Assembly (NCBI GenBank): GCA_963818475.1
Contig: CAWFSF010000002.1
Coordinates: forward strand, 640,001-704,000
Origin: Nitrospirota bacterium
GTDB taxonomy: Bacteria; Nitrospirota; UBA9217
Reading direction: 5' to 3'
Length of the DNA: 64,000 nt
The position numbers and the translations under genes were made by a program. Below are positions 30,318 through 40,066 of the stretch, piece by piece (position 1 is the first letter of the stretch; every line of letters begins with the position of its first letter). The notes under the pieces are model-generated. The model did no database searches and was not told the origin of the DNA. It saw nothing but the letters and a program-made list of their open reading frames with translations.

Positions 30318-30653
30318 ATGAGAACCCTGTTCAGACTCGCAGTTGCCGTGCTGTTCCTGGCGGCCTTTTCACCGAATACCTTTGCCCAGCAACAGCCCCC
30401 CAATGACCAGAAAATGATGGGAAGAGAAATAACGCCGGAGAATTTCAGCGAGATGAAATCCCTCATCCTTACCATGATCGAGAACCGCAGGACAAGGCTC
30501 GACACGGAAAAGGTCTGTGTGGAGGCGGCAAAAGACGCCGAAGAACTGAAAAAGTGCAGGCCCGAACAGCCCATGGGGATGGGCAGCGGCATGTACAAAA
30601 ACGGTCCCGGCAGACAGCGGGGCCCAGGGGCAGGCATGCAAGGACAGCAGTAA
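30318..30653 (+). CDS. Small secreted protein with a Cys pair and Gly/Met-rich tail
   Basis: SD GAGGAG, signal peptide TFA-QQ, CVEAAKDAEELKKC; followed by a terminator. Confidence 0.7.
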   Translation: MRTLFRLAVAVLFLAAFSPNTFAQQQPPNDQKMMGREITPENFSEMKSLILTMIENRRTRLDTEKVCVEAAKDAEELKKCRPEQPMGMGSGMYKNGPGRQRGPGAGMQGQQ

Positions 30654-30688
30654 GGGAATGACCTGCGTCAGTGTTTCAGAACATACGT

Positions 30689-30720
30689 GCCGGCAGGAGA
30701 TGGTTCCTGCCGGTTTTTTT
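30689..30720 (+). terminator. Rho-independent terminator
   Basis: GCCGGCAGGA-loop-TCCTGCCGGT plus T run. Confidence 0.8.
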
Positions 30721-30841
30721 ATTCAGCTTAGCTTATGGGGAGCGCAGAAGGAGAAAACAGCTCATTTTTATGAGATAGAGTCTCTTCACAAAAGCAGCCG
30801 CCCGTGACCGTAGGATATACGACAAATATGTTATACTAATA

Positions 30842-30972
30842 CGGGCTGTTGCCCAAAGCCAATCTGTCACCCTGAACGTAGTGAAGGGTCTACTATCATG
30901 TTGTTTATGCGAGATTCGTCGCTACCGCTCAGAATGACATTATCGTCGTAATGTGATTTGGGCAACAGCCCG
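30842..30972. mobile_element. MITE-like element, 131 bp
   Basis: Perfect 16-bp TIR CGGGCTGTTGCCCAAA/TTTGGGCAACAGCCCG; AATA direct repeat on both flanks; internal TGTCACCCTGA..TCAGAATGACA palindrome. Confidence 0.72.
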
Positions 30973-31034
30973 AATATCTGTGGCATACATCCTCATTTCT
31001 CAAAATGAGTATTCCAGGAACCTGCGAGGTGTCT

Positions 31035-31685
31035 ATGTCTTTCCCAATAGGATTAAGTTGTCTGTTGACTATGATTTTACTTTTTACCGCGCCGGTAGGG
31101 GCCGAAGACAGCATGGTAATCGCGGATTTTTCTTCCGTTGCCGCTGGAGTGCCGGCAGGGTGGGAACTCAAAGAGAAATCAGGCAAGGCAGACTTTGCCG
31201 TTGTGAAGGACGGTGATATTGCCGCAGCCCGTTTCCGGAGCGCGAACACGTCCTTTTCGCTTCAGAAAGAGGTGCGGGTCGAGCTGAAGCAGTTCCCGAT
31301 TCTCACATGGAAATGGAAGGTGACCAAACTGCCCGCTCGGGGAGACTTCAGGAAATCCAAAACAGATGACCAGGCAGCGCAGCTTTTTCTGGCATTCTCA
31401 AAAACCAAGGCTATTGTATATATCTGGGACACCACGGCTCCCCAGGGAATCATGGAGAGCACCTCTCCGGTGCCGTTCATGACGGTCAAGGTGGTCGTAT
31501 TACGGTCAGGTCCTGCGGAAGTGGGTAAATGGATTACCGAGAGGCGTAACGTATATGAGGATTATAAGAAACTGTACGGTTCTGAACCGCCGATGGTGAA
31601 CGGCGTCAGGCTCCAGATAAACTCCCAACACACGGAAACATCGGCCGAAAGTTACTTTGCCGATGTCGTGTTTCAGAAACGATAG
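31035..31685 (+). CDS. DUF3047 family secreted protein
   Basis: Signal peptide; PILTWKWKVTKLP, DDQAAQL, VYIWD, GKWITERRNVYEDYKKLYG; SD GAGGT before ATG. Confidence 0.8.
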   Translation: MSFPIGLSCLLTMILLFTAPVGAEDSMVIADFSSVAAGVPAGWELKEKSGKADFAVVKDGDIAAARFRSANTSFSLQKEVRVELKQFPILTWKWKVTKLPARGDFRKSKTDDQAAQLFLAFSKTKAIVYIWDTTAPQGIMESTSPVPFMTVKVVVLRSGPAEVGKWITERRNVYEDYKKLYGSEPPMVNGVRLQINSQHTETSAESYFADVVFQKR

Positions 31686-31802
31686 CAAGGCGTAATTCCT
31701 CCTCAGAAACACTGAGCCAGTGAGTAAAGCCTAAAAATAGAAAAGCGATGCAGATATATAAAAAGGGCCGCCTTTAGTTTCAAAGGCGACCCTCGTTCTG
31801 TT

Positions 31803-31878
31803 TGGCTCCCGGAGCAGGACTTGAACCTGCGGCATGGTGATTAACAGTCACCCGCTCTACCAACTGAGCTATCCGGGA
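31803..31878 (-). tRNA. tRNA-Asn(GTT)
   Basis: Reverse complement TCCCGGATAGCTCAGTTGGTAGAGCGGGTGACT-GTT-AATCACC..GTTCAAGTC..GCCA. Confidence 0.95.
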
Positions 31879-31964
31879 ATGATTGGGAAATGGAAGGAAA
31901 TCAGGCTGGTATAATTACCATATACGGCCTGATATGTCAATTGGTTATTTACTGGCAGGAAGGA

Positions 31965-32564
31965 TTATGAGCCGCCCTCCTGGCCTTTCTTGAGTTCCAT
32001 GATCACAAGCTTGGCGATCGCCTTGAGCGTATCGAATACCCCGGTGCCTTCGGGAGCAACTGCCTCGAAATCCGGGACGCCGCGGGGGTTCAGCGCACGC
32101 CGCATTTCCTGCACCGGCACGACATTCGGCAGGTCGCGCTTGTTGTACTGAATGATATAGGGAACCTTGTCGAGATCATAGCCCTGCTCCGCGAGGTTGA
32201 TGCGCAGGTTCTCGACGCTCTCGATGTTCGCCTCCATCCGTTCGATCTGCGAGTCTGCAACAAAGACGACACCGTCCACGCCCTTGAGGATCAGCTTCCG
32301 GCTTGCGTCGTAGAATACCTGGCCGGGAACGGTGTACAGATGGAAGCGCGTCTTGAAACCGCGGATCTCGCCCAGGGCGAGCGGAAGAAAGTCGAAGAAC
32401 AGCGTCCGCTCGGTCTCGGTCGCCAGCGAGATCATCTTTCCCTTGCTGTCCGGGTTTGTCTTTTTATATATCCACTGCAGGTTGGTCGTCTTGCCGCACA
32501 GGCCGGGACCATAGAAAACGATCTTGCAGTTGATCTCTCGGGACGAATAATTGATAAACGACAT
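31965..32564 (-). CDS. mglA: MglA Ras-like GTPase
   Basis: [42 protein letters not shown]. Confidence 0.95.
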   Translation of the reverse strand: MSFINYSSREINCKIVFYGPGLCGKTTNLQWIYKKTNPDSKGKMISLATETERTLFFDFLPLALGEIRGFKTRFHLYTVPGQVFYDASRKLILKGVDGVVFVADSQIERMEANIESVENLRINLAEQGYDLDKVPYIIQYNKRDLPNVVPVQEMRRALNPRGVPDFEAVAPEGTGVFDTLKAIAKLVIMELKKGQEGGS

Positions 32565-32614
32565 AGAACCGTGATTCCTCTCCTTAACGCATTCAGGAAA
32601 TGACCGTGGCGGGG

Positions 32615-33109
32615 TTAGCCGAAGAGCTTATCAATATCTTCGTCCGTGATCTCCGCAAAGGGCGAATCAGCTGCCTTGCCTGACGTTTTTCCCGTTTCTA
32701 CTTTTTCAAGGAGTTGATTGAAGATAGTACCGAGCACGTCAGCGCTCTTTTTCACCCGGAGACGAACAAGGCCGAGCGATGAGCGCTGGTCGAAGATCAC
32801 CACCAGGATCACCCGCTGGCCAATGATGGAGATGTGGATGTTGTCGCGCTGGCCTTCGTGGAACAGGATGGAAAATTCCTTCTCACCCAGGAGCTTGGCC
32901 ATGCCGCCCGTGGCGGCAATGTTGCCGGCGGTCAGGGAGGCAAGCGACGTGGTATCGAGGTTTTCCGTTTCACCGGTAGCGGCAATGAGCTGGCCGTTCT
33001 TATCCACGAGGAACACGACCTTGGCATTGGCCTGGGCAAGGAGGCGCTGGAGCTCTGCGTCTATTAACTTAAACTCTTCGTCATACATCACGAGATCTTG
33101 ACCCAGCAT
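32615..33109 (-). CDS. mglB: MglB roadblock/LC7 GTPase-activating protein
   Basis: [37 protein letters not shown]-terminal [11 protein letters not shown]. Confidence 0.95.
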   Translation of the reverse strand: MLGQDLVMYDEEFKLIDAELQRLLAQANAKVVFLVDKNGQLIAATGETENLDTTSLASLTAGNIAATGGMAKLLGEKEFSILFHEGQRDNIHISIIGQRVILVVIFDQRSSLGLVRLRVKKSADVLGTIFNQLLEKVETGKTSGKAADSPFAEITDEDIDKLFG

Positions 33110-33223
33110 AGGTGCTTCTCCTTAGGCGCGGCAAACCATACCGCACGGTAACAGCAGGTTTGGGGCTATTAAACCATACTGACCGTTATATTTCAAGCGT
33201 TTTTTTAATGCATGCCAAACGAA

Positions 33224-33256
33224 AACACAGCCGGGCGAGCAAAACCCGGCTGTGTT
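33224..33256 (-). terminator. Terminator after porB
   Basis: AACACAGCCGGG/CCCGGCTGTGTT stem with T-rich tails on both strands. Confidence 0.7.
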
Positions 33257-33302
33257 CTTTGTTGATCATTGATTATGAGGTGCGGCAGGATTGGAAGCGA
33301 TG

Positions 33303-34259
33303 TCAGCTCTTCGACATCTCCTGGAGCTTCTTGAGGCTTTCCCAGTCGTTGTCCACAAGCTGCTGGAACTTCTCGAGAAGCCCCTCGTTGCCGGGAGCAA
33401 AGAGATGTTTGAACCGTCCCTGGGGTTTAAGCCACTCGGCGACCGGTTTTCTTCGTTCCTTGGGGTCGTAGTTGATGGTCCATTTTCCGTCCTGTACCTC
33501 ATACAGCGGCCAATAGCAGGTCTCGACCGCGAGCCGCGAGAGCAGGATGGAGTCGTTGGTCTGGGTGCGCCAGCCGCGGTTGCAGGGTGAAACGACACCC
33601 ATGTAGGCCGGGCCGTTCGTGGCAAGCGCTTTTTTCACCTTGGTCATCAGGTCTTTCCAGTTATGGGGCGAGGCCTGGGCGGCATAGGCCACGTTGTGGG
33701 CTGCCATGATGCGCGTAAGGTCCTTGCGGCGCTGTGTTTTTCCCTTGACCAGTGAACCCACCGGCTGGGTCGTCGTATCGGCGCCGAACGGCGTGGCGCT
33801 CGAACGCTGGATGCCGGTGTTCATGTAGGCGCCGTTGTCGTAGCAGATATAGAGCAGCTGATGGCCGCGCTCCATGGCGCCAGAAAGGGCCTGGAACCCG
33901 ATGTCATAGGTGCCGCCGTCGCCGCCGAAGGCGATGAACTTCATTTCCTTCTTGAGCTTCCCCTGCTTGCGGAGCGACCGGTACATGGTCTCTATCCCAG
34001 AAGCCGTTGCCGCGGCGTTTTCGAAGGCGCTGTGCATCCACGGCACTTTCCAGGCAGTGTACGGGAACAGGCAGGTCGAGACCTCGAGGCAGCCCGTGGC
34101 GTTTGCGATCACCACCGGTTCGTCGATGGCCATCAGGACCTGGCGCACGATCGTCGGCGCGCCGCAGCCTGAGCACATGCGGTGGCCGCCCGTAAGCAGT
34201 TCCGGCTTGTGCGTCAGTGATTTCAGGGTCAAGGGTTTTTCCTGTGTCGGTGTGCTCAT
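33303..34259 (-). CDS. porB: Pyruvate:ferredoxin oxidoreductase beta subunit
   Basis: GHRMCSGCG, ATGC, GGDGG TPP motif, YMNTGIQRS. Confidence 0.92.
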   Translation of the reverse strand: MSTPTQEKPLTLKSLTHKPELLTGGHRMCSGCGAPTIVRQVLMAIDEPVVIANATGCLEVSTCLFPYTAWKVPWMHSAFENAAATASGIETMYRSLRKQGKLKKEMKFIAFGGDGGTYDIGFQALSGAMERGHQLLYICYDNGAYMNTGIQRSSATPFGADTTTQPVGSLVKGKTQRRKDLTRIMAAHNVAYAAQASPHNWKDLMTKVKKALATNGPAYMGVVSPCNRGWRTQTNDSILLSRLAVETCYWPLYEVQDGKWTINYDPKERRKPVAEWLKPQGRFKHLFAPGNEGLLEKFQQLVDNDWESLKKLQEMSKS

Positions 34260-34309
34260 TGTGTTCTCCTATACACGACATTCTGTGGATGCCGAATGGG
34301 AAATTGTTT

Positions 34310-35500
34310 TCAGTTCCGGACTGTCATATAGTCTTTTACGATCTTGACCTTGCCGCTCTTCGCGACCTCGATGGTCTCTTCGATCACCTTATCAACATCG
34401 AGCGGCATCAGATCCCTGCCGCCGAGACCATAGATCTTGTTGAACAAGAGCGGTCCCTGGCGATAGGGGGAGAGGGCCGGGGCGATCTCCATGAAGAGCG
34501 GGCCGTAGCCGCCATAGGAATCCGCCCGGTCCAGAACACAGACGGCCTTGGCATTCTTGAGCGCGGCGCCGACTTCCTCATACGGGAAGGGCCTGAAAAC
34601 CCGGGGTTTGAGCAACCCTGCCTTCACGCCCTTTTCGCGGTAGCGGTCAACCTCGTCCTTGATCGTACCTGCGGCAGAGTTGAGCGCCACCAGTACAACC
34701 TCGGCGTCCTCGAGGCGGTAGGATTCGAAGAGTTCATATTTACGGCCAAACGCCTTGGCAAACTCGGCGGATACTTCCTGAATGACCTTCTTGGCGTTCA
34801 GCATGGCTTCGTGCTGCGCGCGCTTATGCTCCATATAGTAATCGGGAAGCACCAGGGCGCCGATGCTCTTGGGATTATCGAGGTCCAGGAGCGGGTCCAT
34901 GGCGATGTAGTCGCCGACGAACTTTTTCACTTCCGCGTCGGGAATATACGACATGCTCTCGATCGAGTGGCTGATGATGAAGCCGTCCATGTTGACGGCG
35001 ATCGGCAGCCGCACGTCCTTGTGCTCGGCGATGCGGTACGCCATGATCGTGTTGTCGTAGGCCTCCTGGGCGTTCTCGGAAAAGAGCTGGATCCATCCGC
35101 AGTCGCGCATGCCCATGCCGTCGGAGTGGTCGCCGTGAATATTGAGCGGGGCCGAAAGTGCCCGGTTCACCAGCGCCATCAGGATCGGCAGGCGATAGCC
35201 CGAGGCAATATGCAGCATTTCCCACATAAGGGCAAGGCCTTGCGCGCTCGTGGCCGTTGCCACTCTGCCGCCCGCTGCCGATGCGCCGATGCAGGCGCTC
35301 ATGGCGCTGTGCTCGCTCTCCACGAGGATCGTTTCGGTATCCACCTTGCCGTTCGAAACGAACGACGTGAACGATTCCATGATGCCTGTTGACGGCGTGA
35401 TGGGATACGCCGGCATGACATCGGGGTTCAACTGGCGGAGCGCTTCGGCAACAGCCTGGTTGCCCGTGACCGCCACGGTTTTTGTCGTTGTCACAGCCAT
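34310..35500 (-). CDS. porA: Pyruvate:ferredoxin oxidoreductase alpha subunit
   Basis: YPITPST, ESEHSAMS, NRALSAPLNIHGDH, YGLGGRD. Confidence 0.92.
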   Translation of the reverse strand: MAVTTTKTVAVTGNQAVAEALRQLNPDVMPAYPITPSTGIMESFTSFVSNGKVDTETILVESEHSAMSACIGASAAGGRVATATSAQGLALMWEMLHIASGYRLPILMALVNRALSAPLNIHGDHSDGMGMRDCGWIQLFSENAQEAYDNTIMAYRIAEHKDVRLPIAVNMDGFIISHSIESMSYIPDAEVKKFVGDYIAMDPLLDLDNPKSIGALVLPDYYMEHKRAQHEAMLNAKKVIQEVSAEFAKAFGRKYELFESYRLEDAEVVLVALNSAAGTIKDEVDRYREKGVKAGLLKPRVFRPFPYEEVGAALKNAKAVCVLDRADSYGGYGPLFMEIAPALSPYRQGPLLFNKIYGLGGRDLMPLDVDKVIEETIEVAKSGKVKIVKDYMTVRN

Positions 35501-35501
35501 G

Positions 35502-35795
35502 TTATTTGCCCTCCTCTTCCATGACAATGGCCTTGTTGCCTTTTTTGCCCGGGCACTCCATGGCGCAGACGCCGCAGCCTTTGCAGTGGTCGTAGTCGAA
35601 ATCCACTCTTTTTTCATCTTTTACCGGGATCGCGGAATCAGGGCAATAGACCCAGCAGAAGAGACACTGAATGCAGTTCTCCTCGATCCAGCGCGGCTTG
35701 AGCGAACGCCACGAACCGGTCTTATATTCATTCGCATTGCCGGCCTTCAGGATGGTGCCGGCATGGGGCAGTTCTTTCCAGTTCATCTGTTTCAT
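35502..35795 (-). CDS. porD: Pyruvate:ferredoxin oxidoreductase delta subunit (2[4Fe-4S])
   Basis: TGSWR, CIQCLFCWVYCP, CKGCGVCAMECP. Confidence 0.92.
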   Translation of the reverse strand: MKQMNWKELPHAGTILKAGNANEYKTGSWRSLKPRWIEENCIQCLFCWVYCPDSAIPVKDEKRVDFDYDHCKGCGVCAMECPGKKGNKAIVMEEEGK

Positions 35796-36367
35796 CCTTC
35801 ATGTACCTCCTCGTATCCGCGCTTCACCGCGGTCAAGTTCCCGTCGATGATCTTCTGGGCGAACTTCTTGCCGAAGCTGCCCTTCACATCATCGAGCAGC
35901 ACTTCCATGGTCACGATTGCTGTGGCCCGGTTCACCGCACCAAGCATGCAGGAGTTCGGCATATTTCTGCCTATGGTTTCGGTTGCGATCTTGGACGCAT
36001 CGATGGTGAAGACCCTTTGGGTCGGCTTGGCTTTCAACTTCGCGCGTATATCCTTTGGGTCTTTGCCCGTGTTGATGATGAAGACAGCGTCGTCTTTCGC
36101 GCCTTCGGCGACATTGATCGCGTCCAGGAGCGTAGCGTCCACCACGGCCACCACACCCGGGTTCAAGACCGGGCAGTGCATCCGAAGGATCTTCTCGCTG
36201 ACCCGGTTATAGGCGCGAAGCGGCGCGCCTGCGCGCTCCGGTCCGTATTCCGGAAATGCCTGCACGTTGCGGCCGCCGGAGAGACACGCATCTGCAAGCA
36301 CCTTGGCCGCGGTCACGGTTCCCTGACCACCCCGGCCATGCCATCTGATCTCAACCATTTCTGCCAT
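35792..36367 (-). CDS. porC: Pyruvate:ferredoxin oxidoreductase gamma subunit
   Basis: EIRWHGRGGQG, FPEYGPERAGAP. Confidence 0.92.
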   Translation of the reverse strand: MAEMVEIRWHGRGGQGTVTAAKVLADACLSGGRNVQAFPEYGPERAGAPLRAYNRVSEKILRMHCPVLNPGVVAVVDATLLDAINVAEGAKDDAVFIINTGKDPKDIRAKLKAKPTQRVFTIDASKIATETIGRNMPNSCMLGAVNRATAIVTMEVLLDDVKGSFGKKFAQKIIDGNLTAVKRGYEEVHEG

Positions 36368-36386
36368 AATAATTTCCTCCTAACTC

Positions 36387-36458
36387 AGTTCGGAGCATGG
36401 AGTGGAGAGTTCGGAGTGATGTTCTCATTCCGGATTCCGCATTCCGCATTCCGCAATT
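36387..36458. repeat. Heptamer tandem/inverted repeat (ATTCCGC units), family C
   Basis: TTCGGAG units followed by ATTCCGG-ATTCCGC-ATTCCGC-ATTCCGC-AAT directly behind the recR stop. Confidence 0.75.
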
Positions 36459-36461
36459 AAC

Positions 36462-37166
36462 TCACATTTCCCTGCGGCCTTCAAGCGCCCGCTGCACCGT
36501 GTTCTCGTCCGCATACTCGATGTCCCCGCCAACCGGGAGCCCGTAGGCGATGCGGCTGACGCTAATGCCGAGTGGTTTGATCAACTTCGAAAGATAGAGG
36601 GCCGTTGTCTCGCCCTTTACTGTCGGATTCGTTGCAATGATGACTTCTTTGACCATGCCGGCCCTGAGCCGCTCCATCAAACCATCGATTTTGAGATCCT
36701 CTGGTCCGATGCCGTCAAGCGGTGAGATGGCTCCCATGAGCGCATGATAGCGGCCCCGAAAAATACCGGTCCTCTCGAGGATAAGGATATTGCTCGGCTC
36801 CTCCACGACGCAGATGCGTGAAGGATCACGCCGGTCATCGCGGCAAAGGCTGCAGACCTCGTCCTCGGTAATGTTATTACAGACCGTGCAGTAGCGGCTG
36901 TTGTTCTTCAGGTCCAGAATGGCCTGCGCGATTCCGAAGGCCTCCTCGCGCGGCATGCCCAGAACGGCGAAGGCAAGGCGCTCGGCGCTTTTTTTACCGA
37001 TACCCGGAAGCCTGGTGAACGCCTCGACCATTCTGCCCATGGCCTGACCCGACACGTCCGCGGCTTGTGCGCCGGCCTTCCCATGCCGGCCTGCGCGTGA
37101 AGAAACCCGGGACGATCGTTCCTGTTCTTTCACCGCTTCCGTCTTGTTCTGACCACCCTGATCCAT
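36462..37166 (-). CDS. recR: Recombination protein RecR (start uncertain, 37040-37166)
   Basis: LPGIGKKSAERLA, C4 zinc finger, TOPRIM ATNPTVKGE, GLPVGGDIEYAD. Confidence 0.92.
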   Translation of the reverse strand: MDQGGQNKTEAVKEQERSSRVSSRAGRHGKAGAQAADVSGQAMGRMVEAFTRLPGIGKKSAERLAFAVLGMPREEAFGIAQAILDLKNNSRYCTVCNNITEDEVCSLCRDDRRDPSRICVVEEPSNILILERTGIFRGRYHALMGAISPLDGIGPEDLKIDGLMERLRAGMVKEVIIATNPTVKGETTALYLSKLIKPLGISVSRIAYGLPVGGDIEYADENTVQRALEGRREM

Positions 37167-37253
37167 ATTACGCCGGACTATGGGGTCTTTGGTTATTATT
37201 CCGCACTCCGCCTGTCCTCGGATCCCCACGGAGGAACTCTTTGATCTGCACTT

Positions 37254-37574
37254 CTAGAGCAGCCCCGGAGGAAGGCCCATGCCCGCCGTCAGTTTGGCCA
37301 TTTCGTCCTTCATGAGCTCCTGGGATTTTCTGAGCGCTTCATTGACGGCTGCCGTGACCAGGTCCTGGAGCATCTCGATGTCCTTGGGATCCACGACAGA
37401 AGCATCGATCTTGATCGAAAGGACCTCCTGCCGGCCATTCGCCACGACCGTGACCATGCCGCCGCCCGAGGAGGCCTCAACCGTCTTGCCAGCAGCCTCT
37501 TCCTGGAGCTTTTTGACCCGCTCTTGCATCTGCTGGGCCTGTTTCATCAAATTTCCAATGATATTTTTCGACAT
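37254..37574 (-). CDS. ybaB: YbaB/EbfC nucleoid-associated protein
   Basis: LMKQAQQMQ, SSGGGMV, DIEMLQDLVTAAVNEA; between dnaX and recR. Confidence 0.93.
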   Translation of the reverse strand: MSKNIIGNLMKQAQQMQERVKKLQEEAAGKTVEASSGGGMVTVVANGRQEVLSIKIDASVVDPKDIEMLQDLVTAAVNEALRKSQELMKDEMAKLTAGMGLPPGLL

Positions 37575-37724
37575 GCGAGGCCTTTTTGTACCCGAGTAGT
37601 TAGATCGCCTAAAAGGCAAAGGAAGAATATAATAAAAGAACGAGGGCTGCTTTGCAAGAAAAAACGAGGGGTTTATGGAGATATAAAAAATTTAAATGTC
37701 CTTTTTCGTAAGCTCTCTGTCTTG

Positions 37725-39371
37725 TCAGCTCTCCTCGTCGGGATGTTCCGTCTCGATGACCTCTCCGCCGAAAATCCTGAGTGCATCCTGGACGATGGGG
37801 GATTGTTCCTCGGGTTTCTTTTTTGCCGGCGTTTTAGACCGGGCTGTCGATGGTCCGGCATCTTCCTGGCCAAGAGGTTTTATGATGAGCCGAATTTTTC
37901 TGCCCAGCACTTCACCGGCGATCTGCTCAATATAGTCGCGATGCTCCTGCTTTTCGACCTGATCGCGCTGAAAACCCGACGGCAGCCCGAGCGTGAAGCC
38001 CGTATCCGACGTATTGAGCAGTCTGCTCTGTGCAAGATAGGATGCAAGGATCGGTTTTTTCGATTTCAGGGTGCCCATGATCCTCCCCCACTCATCCGAC
38101 GCTCCCCCTCCATCCGGCGCTTCTGCCGGGCGGGGCTGGTGGGAAACCACTGCTGTTTTCGGCACGTACGATCCGGACCGCTCGCTGACCCCGGCTGGTG
38201 CCGGTGCGGACAACACCGTTCCCGGTGTAAGTCTGCTCTCGAGTTCCTTCATCCGGCCAAGCACCTCGGTGAGCGGTCGAAGCGGCGTGATGTGGCAGGC
38301 CTTGACGATGCCCATCTCGACGGTGAACCGCTGGTGAGGCGACCAGCGCATTTCGTCCAATGTTTTTGACAGGCTGTCAAAAAGCAGCAGGAGCTGGTCG
38401 CTTTCGACGCCGGCTGCCTGCTGTTGCAGGTTCTGTATATCGGCGGAGGGAAGTTCGATGATACGACCGGGGTCCGTGGTGATCTTGATGATCATGAGAT
38501 TCCGGATATGCTCGACCAGGCCCGCCAGGAACTGGCGCATGTCGAGCCCCTGCTCAAGCAGGCCGTCGATCTGCTTCAGGAGACCGCCGCTGTCCCGGGA
38601 GAGCAGGCCGGCCGCGAACTGCAACAGCTTTTCCTGGGCAACCGAGCCGAGAGTCGCCTGGAGGTCTTCGTCCTTGACCGCCATGCCGCTGTACGACACG
38701 GCCTGGTCCAGCAGGCTCTGCGAATCGCGCATACTGCCCTCGGCTGCCCGGGCGATCATGGCAAGCCCCTGGTCGGTGATCGTAATGCCCTCGGCAGCGG
38801 CGATCTTGCGAAGCTGATCAATGATTTCGTTCAGGGGAATGCGCTTGAACCCGTAGCGCTGGCAGCGGGAATGGATGGTCGCGGGGATCTTCTGCGGCTC
38901 GGTCGTGGCAAAGATGAAGAGCACATGCGGCGGGGGTTCTTCGAGGGTCTTCAGCAGCGCATTGAAGGCCTCGTTCGTGAGCATATGGACCTCATCGATC
39001 ACGTAGACCTTGTACTTGCCGCGGGAAGGAGCGTATTTCACGGCTTCGCGCAGCTCGCGGATATGTTCGATGCCCCGGTTCGACGCCCCGTCGATCTCGA
39101 TGACATCCACTGACGTTCCCGCCGTGGTCTCGATGCACGAGTCGCAGTGGCCGCAGGGCGTCGGGGTCGGCCCTTCGGTGCAGTTCAAGGCCTTGGCAAG
39201 GATGCGCGCCGTGGTAGTCTTGCCTACGCCCCGGGGTCCGGAGAACAGGAACGCGTGCGCAAGTCTTTTCGTCAAGATCGCGTTCTGCAGCGTTCGCGTG
39301 ATATGCCCCTGGCCGACGACGTCTTCGAAAACCTGGGGCCGCCATTTTCTTGCCAGGACCTGGTAGCTCAT
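37725..39371 (-). CDS. dnaX: DNA polymerase III subunit gamma/tau
   Basis: MSYQVLARKWRPQ, GPRGVGKTT, DEVHML, SRC. Confidence 0.96.
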   Translation of the reverse strand: MSYQVLARKWRPQVFEDVVGQGHITRTLQNAILTKRLAHAFLFSGPRGVGKTTTARILAKALNCTEGPTPTPCGHCDSCIETTAGTSVDVIEIDGASNRGIEHIRELREAVKYAPSRGKYKVYVIDEVHMLTNEAFNALLKTLEEPPPHVLFIFATTEPQKIPATIHSRCQRYGFKRIPLNEIIDQLRKIAAAEGITITDQGLAMIARAAEGSMRDSQSLLDQAVSYSGMAVKDEDLQATLGSVAQEKLLQFAAGLLSRDSGGLLKQIDGLLEQGLDMRQFLAGLVEHIRNLMIIKITTDPGRIIELPSADIQNLQQQAAGVESDQLLLLFDSLSKTLDEMRWSPHQRFTVEMGIVKACHITPLRPLTEVLGRMKELESRLTPGTVLSAPAPAGVSERSGSYVPKTAVVSHQPRPAEAPDGGGASDEWGRIMGTLKSKKPILASYLAQSRLLNTSDTGFTLGLPSGFQRDQVEKQEHRDYIEQIAGEVLGRKIRLIIKPLGQEDAGPSTARSKTPAKKKPEEQSPIVQDALRIFGGEVIETEHPDEES

Positions 39372-39606
39372 AGTAACATTACCTCGGTTAGACTGCTGAA
39401 AATATCATAAAGCGACGGTCGTGATTGAGCTTCTGTTGCTGCTTTTGCGGCGGCAAGGGAGGCGGGGATGAACCGGTGGGCTGTCCTTCGCCCGCACAGA
39501 AGCGCAAAGGTAAACAAGATCTGCGGACAGGTGCCGCTGTTCACTGCGGAGGCAACGAACAGGAACCGTGTCCGCAGCATTCCACGCATTGATCGAGAAA
39601 TAAAAA

Positions 39607-39719
39607 GCTCACAAACCCGGGCTTCCCTGCGGCACACCCGGAACCCGCTTACCGCTGCTTCCTTCCGGACCTGACGGGGTTCACGAGACCGTGGTTGCGC
39701 AGGACCCGGGCTTATGAGC
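39607..39719 (-). ncRNA. ffs: Signal recognition particle RNA (4.5S)
   Basis: Minus strand has GTCAGGTCCGGAAGGAAGCAGC in a long hairpin closed by GCTCATAAGCCCGGG/CCCGGGTTTGTGAGC; upstream of dnaX. Confidence 0.93.
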
Positions 39720-39725
39720 GCATTT

Positions 39726-39770
39726 CAATTTCGGATTGCGGAGGTGGGCTCGTTGATAATCCGCAATTAT
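39726..39770. repeat. Family C heptamer remnant
   Basis: AATTTCGGATTGCGGA...AATCCGCAATT; similar remnant at 39885-39953. Confidence 0.5.
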
Positions 39771-39776
39771 ATTATA

Positions 39777-39864
39777 TGGCGGAGAGAGTGGGGTTCGAAC
39801 CCACGTTAGGTTTCCCTAAACACGCTTTCCAAGCGTGCGCCTTCAGCCGCTCGGCCATCTCTCC
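39777..39864 (-). tRNA. tRNA-Ser(GGA)
   Basis: GGAGAGATGGCCGAGCGG..CACGCTT-GGA-AAGCGTG, long variable arm, CCA. Confidence 0.95.
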
Positions 39865-39957
39865 GTAGTTTTATTTCGTGGTGTCAATTACGGATTGCAA
39901 TTCAGCAATCCAACTCATACCGGCCTGTTTCTTTTTATGTAAATCCGCAATTATGTA

Positions 39958-40047
39958 TGGCGGAGAGGGGGGGATTTGAACCCCCGGTGGAGTTACCCCC
40001 ACAACAGTTTTCGAGACTGCCGCCTTCAACCACTCGGCCACCTCTCC
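39958..40047 (-). tRNA. tRNA-Ser(CGA)
   Basis: GGAGAGGTGGCCGAGTGG..GCAGTCT-CGA-AAACTGT, long variable arm, CCA. Confidence 0.95.
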
Positions 40048-40066
40048 GAATGCGCTGCTTCTATCG

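Noticed and set aside
31803-31878. Genomic island integrated at tRNA-Asn
   Set aside because: No integrase and no duplicated tRNA 3' end seen in the window.
37725-39371. Programmed -1 frameshift in dnaX
   Set aside because: I did not find the A AAA AAG slippery site plus hairpin at the expected position.
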